Below are positions 38,262 to 46,844 of a DNA stretch of 64,000 bases, piece by piece (position 1 is the first letter of the stretch; each line of letters opens with the position of its first letter). The notes under the pieces are model-generated. The model saw only the letters and a list, made by a program, of their open reading frames with translations. It made no database searches and was not told where the DNA came from. A program made the translations under genes and the position numbers. Source of the DNA: Minisyncoccota bacterium (GTDB lineage: Bacteria > Patescibacteriota > Minisyncoccia > 2-02-FULL-40-12 > IGHO2-01-FULL-4-A); assembly GCA_040881175.1 (NCBI GenBank), contig JBBEDS010000014.1, positions 23,174 through 87,173 on the forward strand, given 5' to 3'.

Positions 38262-38337
38262 ACAATTTAAAGGTTGAATGTTGACGTGATGTCCGCCAGA
38301 AAGCGGGCATTTTCATTAATATCAACCATTCAAAGAC

Positions 38338-39645
38338 ATGCTAGACACAAAACAATTCGTTTCGGCGATCAAACAGATCACTGAAGAAAAGGGCATTCCC
38401 GAAGAGAAGGTCGTAGAGACAATAGAGGCTGCTATCGCTGCGGCATACAAGAAGGACTATGGAGAGAAGGGCCAGATCGTTCGGGCAAAGTTAGACCAGG
38501 AAACCGGGGATATTTCTATTACCCAGGTTAAGTTTGTAGTGGAAGGAGTAGACGAAGAAGGCAATATTATCGGAGAGCTGCCCGAAAGACATGTCGCCGA
38601 AGCTGCAGCTCATGAGAAGCCACAGGAAACAGAAGAAGAGGGTGGTGATGATCTTAAGGTTAAATTTAACCCTGAAAAATACATAACCCTGGAGGAGGTT
38701 AAGAAGATAAACAAGAAACTGAAGATTGGCGACGAGCTAATTATTAAGCTTGAGCCAAAGACAGAGTTTGGCCGCATTGCTGCCCAAACTGCCAAGCAGG
38801 TTATTATTCAGAGATTGAGAGAAGTTGAGAGGGAGGCGGTATTCAGTGAATTTAAGGAAAAAGAGGGCGAAGTTGCTTCTGGTGTTGTCCAAAGGATCGA
38901 AGGCCGTTTGGTATATATCGATCTTGGCCGGACTAATGGATTGCTCATTCCAGCTGAGCAGCTCTACTTCGACAACTACAGGATTGGGCAGAGATTAAGG
39001 TTCTTAATTCTTAGAGTGGAAGAAACAAATCGTGGACCCGCAGTATTGCTTTCCCGATCCCACCCAAGATTAGTTCTTAAACTTTTTGAATTTGAAGTTC
39101 CGGAAATTGAGGCTGGCAGCGTTGAGATCAAAGCTATTGCTAGAGAGGCTGGATCAAGATCTAAGGTCGCTGTCGTATCGAATGAAGAGGGGGTAGACCC
39201 TATCGGATCGCTCGTTGGACAAAAAGGAGTCAGAGTTCAGACAGTAATTAATGAATTGGGTAACGAGAAGATTGATATCATAGAGTGGAGCGAAGACCCG
39301 GAAAAATTCATTACCAACGCCTTGTCTCCAGCGAAGATCGTTGATGTTAAGGTTGTTAGCCAAGAGAAAAGACATGCCCTAGTTGAAGTTGCTGACGACC
39401 AGTTCTCTCTTGCCATAGGCAAAAAGGGACAAAATGTCAGACTCGCTGCAAAACTTACCGGCTGGAAGATCGATGTCAGGGCCCCGCAGGCCCAGATGTC
39501 AGCCGAAGAGGCTTTGACGGAATCAGAGGAGAGCGAGGAGTCTAATAAAGTAGAAGCTCTTAACGTGGAGGAGCAAGACAACAGGGAAGAGCCGAAAGCA
39601 GAAGAGGTAAAGCCTGAAGGAAAAGAAGAAGACAAAAAAGAATAA
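38338..39645 (+). CDS. nusA: transcription termination/antitermination factor NusA
   Basis: N-terminal domain, S1 domain, two KH domains (GKKGQNVRLAAKLTGWKIDV), acidic tail. Confidence 0.9.
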   Translation: MLDTKQFVSAIKQITEEKGIPEEKVVETIEAAIAAAYKKDYGEKGQIVRAKLDQETGDISITQVKFVVEGVDEEGNIIGELPERHVAEAAAHEKPQETEEEGGDDLKVKFNPEKYITLEEVKKINKKLKIGDELIIKLEPKTEFGRIAAQTAKQVIIQRLREVEREAVFSEFKEKEGEVASGVVQRIEGRLVYIDLGRTNGLLIPAEQLYFDNYRIGQRLRFLILRVEETNRGPAVLLSRSHPRLVLKLFEFEVPEIEAGSVEIKAIAREAGSRSKVAVVSNEEGVDPIGSLVGQKGVRVQTVINELGNEKIDIIEWSEDPEKFITNALSPAKIVDVKVVSQEKRHALVEVADDQFSLAIGKKGQNVRLAAKLTGWKIDVRAPQAQMSAEEALTESEESEESNKVEALNVEEQDNREEPKAEEVKPEGKEEDKKE

Positions 39646-40937
39646 TGAACATTACATCTAAAAAACTAGCAGACTCAAAAGTGGAGCTGACTGTCGATCT
39701 TGATAAGAACGACCTAGCTTCATATGTCCGAGAGACAGAAGAGCAACTGGCTAAGGAAATAAAGATGGAGGGTTTTCGACAAGGAAAAGCTCCAAAAGAG
39801 ATTATTCGCAAGAAGATAGGCGAAGATAAGATAAAAGAAGAGGCTCTGCAAACTGCAGTTCAGTCCAGTTTGCGAGAAGCATTGGCCCAAGAGAAGCTGG
39901 ACGTAATAGACCAGGCAGATTTTAAGATTAAAGAGAATTCTGCAGACAAGTTGGTATACAACGTGACCTTCGTAGTCTTTCCTGAAGTAAATCTGAGCGA
40001 GTACAAGAATCTTGGCGTAAAAAAGAACGAGGTTTCCGTAGAAGACTCCGAAATTGATAAAGTACTCAATGATGTCCAGAAGTCCAGGACAACCTTTAAC
40101 GAGGTTAAAAGGCCGGCAGAAAAAGGAGACAGAGCGGAGGTTGATTTTACAATAAAAGACAAGGGAACGGTAATTGATGGTGGCAAGAGCCAGAACCACC
40201 CTGTTGTTTTGGGGGACGGCCTTTTCGTTCCAGGATTTGAGGAACAGATTATTGGTATGACCACGGGAGAAACTAAGAATTTTTCTTTAAAGATCCCACT
40301 GGACTATTACCAGAAAGCAATAGCCGGCAAAGATCTTGATTTTGAAGTAACGGTCAATAAGGTAGAGGACCGATCTCTGCCAGAGTTGAACGACGAGTTT
40401 GCCAAGACTTTGGGCAAATTCAGTTCTATGGATGAGGTCAAGGATAATATAAGGAAAGGCCTTACCATAGAAAAAGAAGGTAAGGAGAAGGACAGAATAA
40501 GGCTGGCTATACTTGATAAGATTGGTGAGAAAACCAAGATTGAGGCACCAGATGTTTTAATAGAAAAAAGAATCGATGACATGATCTCAGGCTTGGATAA
40601 CGAACTTCATCAAAAAGGAATGGAGCTAGGTCCGTATCTTGCGCATATTAAAAAGACTCAGGATGATCTGAGGAAAGAGTGGCGACCTCAGGCAGAAGCC
40701 CAGGTTAAAATGAGCCTAATCGCAAGAGCCGTTGCTAAAGAAGAAAAGCTGGTTGTGAGTGATGAAGATGTTAACAATGAGTTGCAAGCTGTTTTACAGC
40801 AGCATGTTCTGAAAAATCAAGGAGATAGCGCAGAGATACTTAAAGACATCAATCCCGATGAGCTCAAGAGGAGGATAAAAGATATGTTGACCAATGAAAA
40901 AGTATTCGACTTTCTAGAAAAGAATAACGTTATATAA
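39645..40937 (+). CDS. tig: trigger factor
   Basis: N-terminal ribosome-binding GFRQGKAP motif, PPIase-like middle domain, C-terminal arm domain; 430 aa. Confidence 0.85.
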   Translation: MNITSKKLADSKVELTVDLDKNDLASYVRETEEQLAKEIKMEGFRQGKAPKEIIRKKIGEDKIKEEALQTAVQSSLREALAQEKLDVIDQADFKIKENSADKLVYNVTFVVFPEVNLSEYKNLGVKKNEVSVEDSEIDKVLNDVQKSRTTFNEVKRPAEKGDRAEVDFTIKDKGTVIDGGKSQNHPVVLGDGLFVPGFEEQIIGMTTGETKNFSLKIPLDYYQKAIAGKDLDFEVTVNKVEDRSLPELNDEFAKTLGKFSSMDEVKDNIRKGLTIEKEGKEKDRIRLAILDKIGEKTKIEAPDVLIEKRIDDMISGLDNELHQKGMELGPYLAHIKKTQDDLRKEWRPQAEAQVKMSLIARAVAKEEKLVVSDEDVNNELQAVLQQHVLKNQGDSAEILKDINPDELKRRIKDMLTNEKVFDFLEKNNVI

Positions 40938-40976
40938 AAAAACCAACCCTCGAAAAACGGGGGTTGGTTTTTTTAT
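40937..40976 (+). terminator. rho-independent terminator after tig
   Basis: AACCAACCCTCGAAAAACGGGGGTTGGTT + TTTTTTTATTT. Confidence 0.75.
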
Positions 40977-41217
40977 TTCAATTTTATGGTTACCGAATCG
41001 ACGGTTAGCTGCAGACGACAAGTGAATCACCTGGTATCAACAGTTTCTCCCTTGTAGCAATAATGAGACCGTTTTATTATAAAATAGGTCTATTAAGCGT
41101 CCTGCTAAAAGCGGGACGCAGTGCTGCTATAAGGCCACATTCGCTCCAGTAGCCTGTAACATAATTATAAACTAAATATTGACATCTGTCAAGGATAGGT
41201 TTTTTGACTCAATCTGC

Positions 41218-41598
41218 ATGTTTACTTCAGCTAAATACTCTTATCTTGCTTTAAGACTAGGCCTGGCGGCCGTCTTTTTGTGGTTCGGTATCGACAAATT
41301 TTTTCACCCAGATTATTGGATTAATGCTTGGGTTACTCCCAGCGCAACTAGCTTGATTGAGCTGGCAGGTTTCTCGACCCAGCAGTTTATGTACCTTAAC
41401 GGTATATTCGAGATACTAGTTGGAGTCAGTTTAATAACTTCCATTTTCCCTAAATTCTTTTCACTGCTTGCCATTATATTCTTGGTAAGCGTCATCTTCT
41501 TCGTTGGCCTAAATGAGGTAGTAATAAGAGACATCGGCCTTATCGGTGGGTTTGTTGCGATCCTTCTTTGGCCAAACGAAAGGAGCAGGTTCTTCTAA
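41218..41598 (+). CDS. DoxX-family membrane protein
   Basis: SYLALRLGLAAVFLWFGIDKF DoxX N-terminal helix pattern, 4 TM; ATG 41218 preferred over TTG 41179. Confidence 0.7.
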   Translation: MFTSAKYSYLALRLGLAAVFLWFGIDKFFHPDYWINAWVTPSATSLIELAGFSTQQFMYLNGIFEILVGVSLITSIFPKFFSLLAIIFLVSVIFFVGLNEVVIRDIGLIGGFVAILLWPNERSRFF

Positions 41599-41602
41599 CG
41601 CG

Positions 41603-42601
41603 ATGCCCCTTTTAGGCAGAGACAATCTGGTAGGAGTAAGAGCGCCAGAGTTTAAGGATGGCATGGTTTGGCTCAACTCAAAGCCTTTGAAACTGGAAGA
41701 GCTTCTCAAGGAAGGCAAGGTCGTTATGATTGATTTCTGGACCTACTCCTGCATTAATTGCATACGCACTCTCCCGCATGTGGTAGGTTGGGCTAAAAAG
41801 TACAGGGATAAAGGATTGGTGATAGTCGGAGTACACACGCCTGAATTTGATTTTGAGAAAGAGAAATCAAATGTCGAGAAGGCAATAGCAGATTTTAGTA
41901 TAGAATACCCTGTTGTATTGGATAACGACTATGTCGTATGGAACTCGTATGCTAACCGCTATTGGCCCAGGAAATTAATAATTGGTAAAGACGGATCAAT
42001 AGTTTATGATCACGCTGGCGAAGGTAACTATGGAGAGACAGAGAAAAAAATACGTGAGCTGCTTAGTCTGGCAGACGATAACTCCATAGCTTCAGAAGAA
42101 GGAACAGGGGGAATATGTTACCCCACAACCCCAGAGATATATTTGGGTCACGAGAGAGGAACCTTGGGTAACGAAGAGGGTTTTAAGAAAGACCAGGCGT
42201 TTAAATATGAGATAAGCGACGACAACGACCGGGATAAATTCTACTTAAGAGGTGATTGGATTGCGGGCAGTCAATTTATAGAACACGCTGGGAAAGAAGG
42301 TAATCTTGATGATTTTGTCCAGTTGAACTTCTCAGCCCTCTCTGTTAATGTTGTCCTAGGTTCCAAAGATGGAGAGGTATATGAAGTGTTAGTCTCTCTC
42401 GACGGACAACCGCTGAGTAAAGAAATCGCTGGCGAGGATGTTAAGATAAAAGATGGAAAGAGCATACTAGAATTTAAGGCTGATAGGATGTATAACCTGA
42501 TAGATTCAAAAGAGTATTTAGATAATAGAAAATTAAAGTTATCAGTTAAATCAGATCAATTCCGCGCCTTTGCCTTTACCTTCGGTGCTTGTGCGCATTG
42601 A
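41603..42601 (+). CDS. thioredoxin-fold thiol-disulfide oxidoreductase (TlpA/DipZ-like) with C-terminal extra domain
   Basis: VVMIDFWTYSCINCIRTLPHV CxxC redoxin motif, GVHTPEF; about 180-aa C-terminal domain. Confidence 0.7.
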   Translation: MPLLGRDNLVGVRAPEFKDGMVWLNSKPLKLEELLKEGKVVMIDFWTYSCINCIRTLPHVVGWAKKYRDKGLVIVGVHTPEFDFEKEKSNVEKAIADFSIEYPVVLDNDYVVWNSYANRYWPRKLIIGKDGSIVYDHAGEGNYGETEKKIRELLSLADDNSIASEEGTGGICYPTTPEIYLGHERGTLGNEEGFKKDQAFKYEISDDNDRDKFYLRGDWIAGSQFIEHAGKEGNLDDFVQLNFSALSVNVVLGSKDGEVYEVLVSLDGQPLSKEIAGEDVKIKDGKSILEFKADRMYNLIDSKEYLDNRKLKLSVKSDQFRAFAFTFGACAH

Positions 42602-42611
42602 TCTAAATCTA

Positions 42612-43346
42612 ATGGAGGAAGAAAAAGAAGTAGTAGAAACTCACGAGGAAGCAGAAAATAAACCGGCCTATTTGCAGTTTGTTTTGCCGGGATCTATTCT
42701 GATTGCTGCGTTGTTAATATCAGGCACTTTAATCTTTACTCGCAACCAAGGAGGCGAACTGGCCCAGATAGGTAGCGGCGGTAATGGACAGATAGGCGGG
42801 CCTGTCGAGATAAATGTAAATTCTGACGACCACGTATTGGGAGATAAGGATGCCGAGGTGACAATAGTTGAATTCAGTGATTTCCAGTGTCCATTCTGCA
42901 GGGCTCTATGGAGCGGTGCGATAGAAGACATTAAGAGGGATTACATAGCCACAGGAAAGGCCAGGCTAGTGTATAAACACTATCCATTGGAAGATATTCA
43001 CCCTGGAGCTAGGCCGGCAGCTGAAGCTTCAGAATGTGCTGCTGAGCAAGGTAAGTTTTGGGAATACCATGACAAGATATTTGAGGAGCAGGAAAAGCTT
43101 GGACAGGGAACAGTTCCTTTTACTAGCCCAGATCTAAAGAAGTGGGCAGCCCAGATTGGTCTTGATTCGGGAGCATTTAATGGTTGTCTAGATTCAGCCA
43201 AATATGCAGACAAAGTAACGGATCATTTGAACCAGGGCATCTCCGCCGGAGTAAGCGGCACACCAGCAACCTATATTAACGGCAGACTAGTTCCCGGAGC
43301 TCAGTCCTATCAAACATTCAAAGCCGTGATCGACAGTTTCCTATAG
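42612..43346 (+). CDS. DsbA-family thiol:disulfide oxidoreductase with N-terminal membrane anchor
   Basis: TM anchor then EFSDFQCPFCRALW (CPFC active site) DsbA fold. Confidence 0.75.
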   Translation: MEEEKEVVETHEEAENKPAYLQFVLPGSILIAALLISGTLIFTRNQGGELAQIGSGGNGQIGGPVEINVNSDDHVLGDKDAEVTIVEFSDFQCPFCRALWSGAIEDIKRDYIATGKARLVYKHYPLEDIHPGARPAAEASECAAEQGKFWEYHDKIFEEQEKLGQGTVPFTSPDLKKWAAQIGLDSGAFNGCLDSAKYADKVTDHLNQGISAGVSGTPATYINGRLVPGAQSYQTFKAVIDSFL

Positions 43347-43366
43347 CTTTGACAAATAGCACTATT

Positions 43367-43390
43367 ATTTTATAATTAAAAACGGCCACA
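43367..43390 (+). terminator. rho-independent terminator after dsbA-like gene
   Basis: AAAACGGCCACAAGCCGTTTTTAATTT. Confidence 0.6.
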
Positions 43391-43405
43391 AGCCGTTTTT
43401 AATTT

Positions 43406-44569
43406 ATGAGGAAAATATACCTAGATCATGCCGGAGCGACTTATCTAGACCTGCAAGTTAAGCGGGTAATTTTGTCGCAGCTTGGTAACTTTGGCAATGC
43501 CTCATCGGTTCATGGTGCTGGCCGTTTAGCAAAGAAAAGCATAGACGCCTCACGAAAAGAAATAGCCTCGATATTAAACTCAAAACCTGAGGAGATAGTT
43601 TTCACAGGTTCAGGAACAGAGTCAGATAATTTGGCCATCTTTGGTGTGGCTAGGGCTAATAAGAAGCTAGGCAAACATATAATAGCTACAAAGATTGAGC
43701 ACCATGCTGTGCTTAGGGCTTGTCAGTATCTAGAGAAGAACGAGGGGTTTAAGGTCTCCTATTTAGATGTTGGTGACAATGGCATCGTTGATCCGGTGGC
43801 TGTTGCCAAAGCGTTAAGACCGGATACGACCCTCGTATCAATAATGTATGCTAATAATGAGATTGGGACCATACAGCCGATTAGCAGAATCTCTAAGACA
43901 ATCCGTGAATTTAGACGCGGGCGTCTAAATCAAAACTTCCCATTCTTACATACAGATGCCTGCCAAGCAGCCGGAGCTTTAAATCTAAATGTCCAAGAGT
44001 TAGGCGTCGACCTATTGACCTTGAACGGTTCGAAGATATACGGACCAAAAGGGGCCGGGCTTCTATATGCCAGAAAAGGGGTGGCCATCAGTCCTGTTAT
44101 AGTCGGCGGCAGCCAAGAGGGTGGATTGCGAGCAGGAACTGAGAACCCGGCCTTGATTGCTGGACTAGCTAAGGCATTGGAGGTGGCTGACCGTATAAAG
44201 GGTAAAGAGGGCAAGAGATTGGCAAAACTGCGTGATTATACTATTGAATCTATTTTGAGCCACATCCCGGGCACACACCTAAATGGTGACTCAAACTTCC
44301 GCTTACCTAATAATGTTAATATTTCTTTTGCCAGTATTGATGGCGAAATGCTGATGCTAGCTTTGGACCAGGAAGGCATTCAGGTATCAACTGGATCAGC
44401 ATGCACCACTGGAACTACAGAAGCCTCGCACGTCATTAAGGCATTGGGCCTTGGAGAAGATATGGATAAGGGCAATCTCCGTATCACTCTTGGCCGCAAG
44501 ACAACAAAAAAAGACATAGAAGATATCTTAAAGACCCTTCCCAAAATTATAGGTAGGTTACGAAGATAA
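43406..44569 (+). CDS. cysteine desulfurase (class V aminotransferase, NifS/IscS-like)
   Basis: LDHAGATYLD start, PLP-lysine region LTLNGSKIYGPKGAG, C-terminal active-site Cys loop GSACTTG. Confidence 0.85.
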   Translation: MRKIYLDHAGATYLDLQVKRVILSQLGNFGNASSVHGAGRLAKKSIDASRKEIASILNSKPEEIVFTGSGTESDNLAIFGVARANKKLGKHIIATKIEHHAVLRACQYLEKNEGFKVSYLDVGDNGIVDPVAVAKALRPDTTLVSIMYANNEIGTIQPISRISKTIREFRRGRLNQNFPFLHTDACQAAGALNLNVQELGVDLLTLNGSKIYGPKGAGLLYARKGVAISPVIVGGSQEGGLRAGTENPALIAGLAKALEVADRIKGKEGKRLAKLRDYTIESILSHIPGTHLNGDSNFRLPNNVNISFASIDGEMLMLALDQEGIQVSTGSACTTGTTEASHVIKALGLGEDMDKGNLRITLGRKTTKKDIEDILKTLPKIIGRLRR

Positions 44570-44743
44570 AGCTGGCCACGTATATTCACAGCTTTGGCAG
44601 CTAAGTTTTACTAAGTCGCTATCTGCTAGGCTAGTCTCTTGTTTCTTGACGGCTAGTTCTATAGGATTTTCTATTTCTAAAATATTGCCCGATCGGCATC
44701 TCGGACATCTGTAGCGTCTCGGATATTGTATACCGAGTCTCAT
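44558..44743 (-). CDS. small zinc-ribbon protein (61 aa, CPRC...CQSC)
   Basis: ORF track; two CxxC pairs; convergent with cysteine desulfurase. Confidence 0.3.
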   Translation of the reverse strand: MRLGIQYPRRYRCPRCRSGNILEIENPIELAVKKQETSLADSDLVKLSCQSCEYTWPALSS

Positions 44744-44853
44744 CTTTTATTCTAGCAGCTAAGAGGCTATCCTGCCTGTGGAAAATTAAAGACCTGTTGT
44801 ATTAGCAGTTGAAATAACGTCCATATTTTGCTAAATTTTAAACAACAATTAGC

Positions 44854-44926
44854 CCACCCATAGCTCAATTGGCAGAGCAGCTCCCTCTTAAGGAGAAGGT
44901 TCTAGGTTCAACTCCTAGTGGGTGGA
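44854..44926 (+). tRNA. tRNA-Lys (anticodon CTT)
   Basis: Acceptor CCACCCA/TGGGTGG, D-arm TAGCTCAATTGGCAGAGCA, anticodon loop CTCTTAA, T-loop GGTTCAACTCC. Confidence 0.85.
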
Positions 44927-44993
44927 CAAGTATTTGCAGAAAAGCATCGGAATAGTACGCTGATCTTAGCTCTTCACACAATGAGGTGACACG

Positions 44994-45161
44994 ATGAAAG
45001 GCGACCATAAAGTTTGGAAAGATATAGGCAAACTTCCAGGCGGCGATCGAGATCCTTTTACGACGGCACCCGGTCCTACGAAAAATTGTTTGTCTTCCGA
45101 TCAAGTAGTTCCATTTGTTGGTAATAACGAAACCGACCAAAGTGTTGCTGTCCCATCTTAA
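44994..45161 (+). CDS. candidate small protein (55 aa) with strong SD, not in ORF track
   Basis: GAGGTGA SD 5 nt before ATG; MKGDHKVWKDIGKLPGGDRDPFTTAPGPTKNCLSSDQVVPFVGNNETDQSVAVPS; followed by two hairpins, the second with T-run. Confidence 0.3.
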   Translation: MKGDHKVWKDIGKLPGGDRDPFTTAPGPTKNCLSSDQVVPFVGNNETDQSVAVPS

Positions 45162-45283
45162 CCAATGCAGGTCCTGCCGTGAAAGAGGCAGGAACTTTAA
45201 AGCAGTGCGACGATCTCGCCTGTTTTTTAATCTGATAAGTTGACAGCAAGACTGCTATAAACCGGTGTGTAGATATGAATAGT

Positions 45284-45310
45284 AAAAGACCCGCAGTTTG
45301 CGGGTCTTTT
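45284..45310. terminator. bidirectional rho-independent terminator (serves minus-strand sortase operon end)
   Basis: AAAAGACCCGCAGTTTGCGGGTCTTTT. Confidence 0.7.
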
Positions 45311-45311
45311 A

Positions 45312-45929
45312 CTATTCTACGAGTTCTGCTTGAACTGCAATCCTTTTGTAGTTTGTACCAACTGGCCAGCAACTAAGCAAGACGACAGTATCTTTATCAC
45401 TCTTTTCTATCTCCTGTAGTCTCTCGTCGTTGGCGAAGGGGGAGAAGACAATAGCTTGCTTCATTGAATATACGAACCTACTGCCATCCGCGTATTCTAC
45501 GTAGAAGATATCTCCCGGTTGTAGTTTGCCCAGAAGGGCGAATACAGAACCGTAAGCTCCTTTATACCACGGATAAGCGGAGCTATGACCAAGAACTACA
45601 GATACACCGCCCTCTCCTGGTTTTGATGTATTAGAATAATGAACGGCGCCGTTCTCCAGGTTGTCGTATATTGCCTTTGTGTCGTCACCGACATTAAAAA
45701 CAATAGGAGCCCTAACGCCTAGGCTCTCTATTACGATGACAGCGTCATCCGGTAGATCTTTTTTCTCCGATTTAACCTCAGTTGTTATAAACCTGTTAAG
45801 AGAATACTGGTCCGTGCCAGTTAGTAGCCAGAACTTAACATTTGCCTCCACAAAACGGCTGTTCAAAACAGTAAATATCAAAGCAAAAGCTCCTAAAAAA
45901 ATTATTAGAAAACGGAATTTTAAATTCAT
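45312..45929 (-). CDS. sortase (transpeptidase) family protein
   Basis: N-terminal TM, catalytic His (VVLGHSSAY) and TLxTC-type Cys (VVLLSCWPVG), downstream Arg. Confidence 0.8.
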   Translation of the reverse strand: MNLKFRFLIIFLGAFALIFTVLNSRFVEANVKFWLLTGTDQYSLNRFITTEVKSEKKDLPDDAVIVIESLGVRAPIVFNVGDDTKAIYDNLENGAVHYSNTSKPGEGGVSVVLGHSSAYPWYKGAYGSVFALLGKLQPGDIFYVEYADGSRFVYSMKQAIVFSPFANDERLQEIEKSDKDTVVLLSCWPVGTNYKRIAVQAELVE

Positions 45930-45932
45930 ACG

Positions 45933-46829
45933 CTAGATAATTAATGCGGTTCTAGAGGCCTGAATCACAGGTATTAATACGGCCAGTAACAATATGGCGA
46001 AACTACCAGCGGTCCTAATGACCAACTCTTTTCTGGCACCTGCAAAGAGCATGTATGCCAAGGAGGCTAGGAAGATCGCCAGGGCATAGAATATGAGGGT
46101 CTTATTAAGAATCCCTGATACTCTTTGGACCTGAGGCGTTGAGCCGCTGACATCGACAGCGATGGGCGACTCTAAGGCTGGCGGCTGGTTTTCTGTGCTT
46201 GAGCCAACTACGGCGGCAGGACCTGTCATTTGCTGTGGTGTCGGAGAAGTTTGAGGCGTCTGTTGTATCGGTGTCGGAGTTGGTTCTCTTGGAGGCTGTG
46301 CTACAGCAACAACGTTAGGTCTTGGGGTGCCGAATAACTGCACTACGAGGAAGCCGTTGCTATTATCTATCTTTGCCGGAGCCACAGCTATGCCTACCTC
46401 CGTATATTTAGAGTTTAGTAGGTTCTCTCTATGAGATGGTGAATTTGCCCAAGCATCTACGGTTGATTCGGCACTTACGAATCCTATGGCCAAATTCTCA
46501 CCGGCATAGGTGTACTCATATTGGCTCTCATCAAACCAGTACCATGGAGAAACTCCCGAGGGGCTAGTATGGGCAAAGTACTGACCATTAACCATATCCT
46601 GCAGTTTCTTACTTGCGGCCTGATCCAGTACAGGATTTGCCCTTAATTCCTTAAGACCGAAAGATGAGCGAAAGATATTAGTTTGTGATACAACCTGGTC
46701 TTTAGTAAAACCAGCTACCCCGTCTATTATGTTTGCGAGTTGAAGGCCAGAGTATGAGAATACGGCCTTTACGAATACAAGAGCGATTAAGTTCCAGAAT
46801 ATGAACTTGTTAGTGTAGAGAAGCTTCAT
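45933..46829 (-). CDS. CAP/SCP/PR-1 superfamily protein with Pro/Thr-rich linker and C-terminal membrane anchor
   Basis: YFAHTSP, GENLA, WANSPSHRENLL, YTEVGIA motifs of bacterial CAP (YkwD-like) domain. Confidence 0.7.
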   Translation of the reverse strand: MKLLYTNKFIFWNLIALVFVKAVFSYSGLQLANIIDGVAGFTKDQVVSQTNIFRSSFGLKELRANPVLDQAASKKLQDMVNGQYFAHTSPSGVSPWYWFDESQYEYTYAGENLAIGFVSAESTVDAWANSPSHRENLLNSKYTEVGIAVAPAKIDNSNGFLVVQLFGTPRPNVVAVAQPPREPTPTPIQQTPQTSPTPQQMTGPAAVVGSSTENQPPALESPIAVDVSGSTPQVQRVSGILNKTLIFYALAIFLASLAYMLFAGARKELVIRTAGSFAILLLAVLIPVIQASRTALII

Positions 46830-46844
46830 TTTAAGGACAGCGTT

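Noticed and set aside
44930-45310. Tested whether this non-coding region is RNase P RNA, tmRNA or SRP RNA
   Set aside because: No GGAAAGUCCGG / ACAGAAxCCGGCUUA (RNase P), no tRNA-like 3' domain with tag ORF (tmRNA), and no GNRA-capped AGGUCC...GGAAGC helix-8 motif (SRP) were found on either strand.
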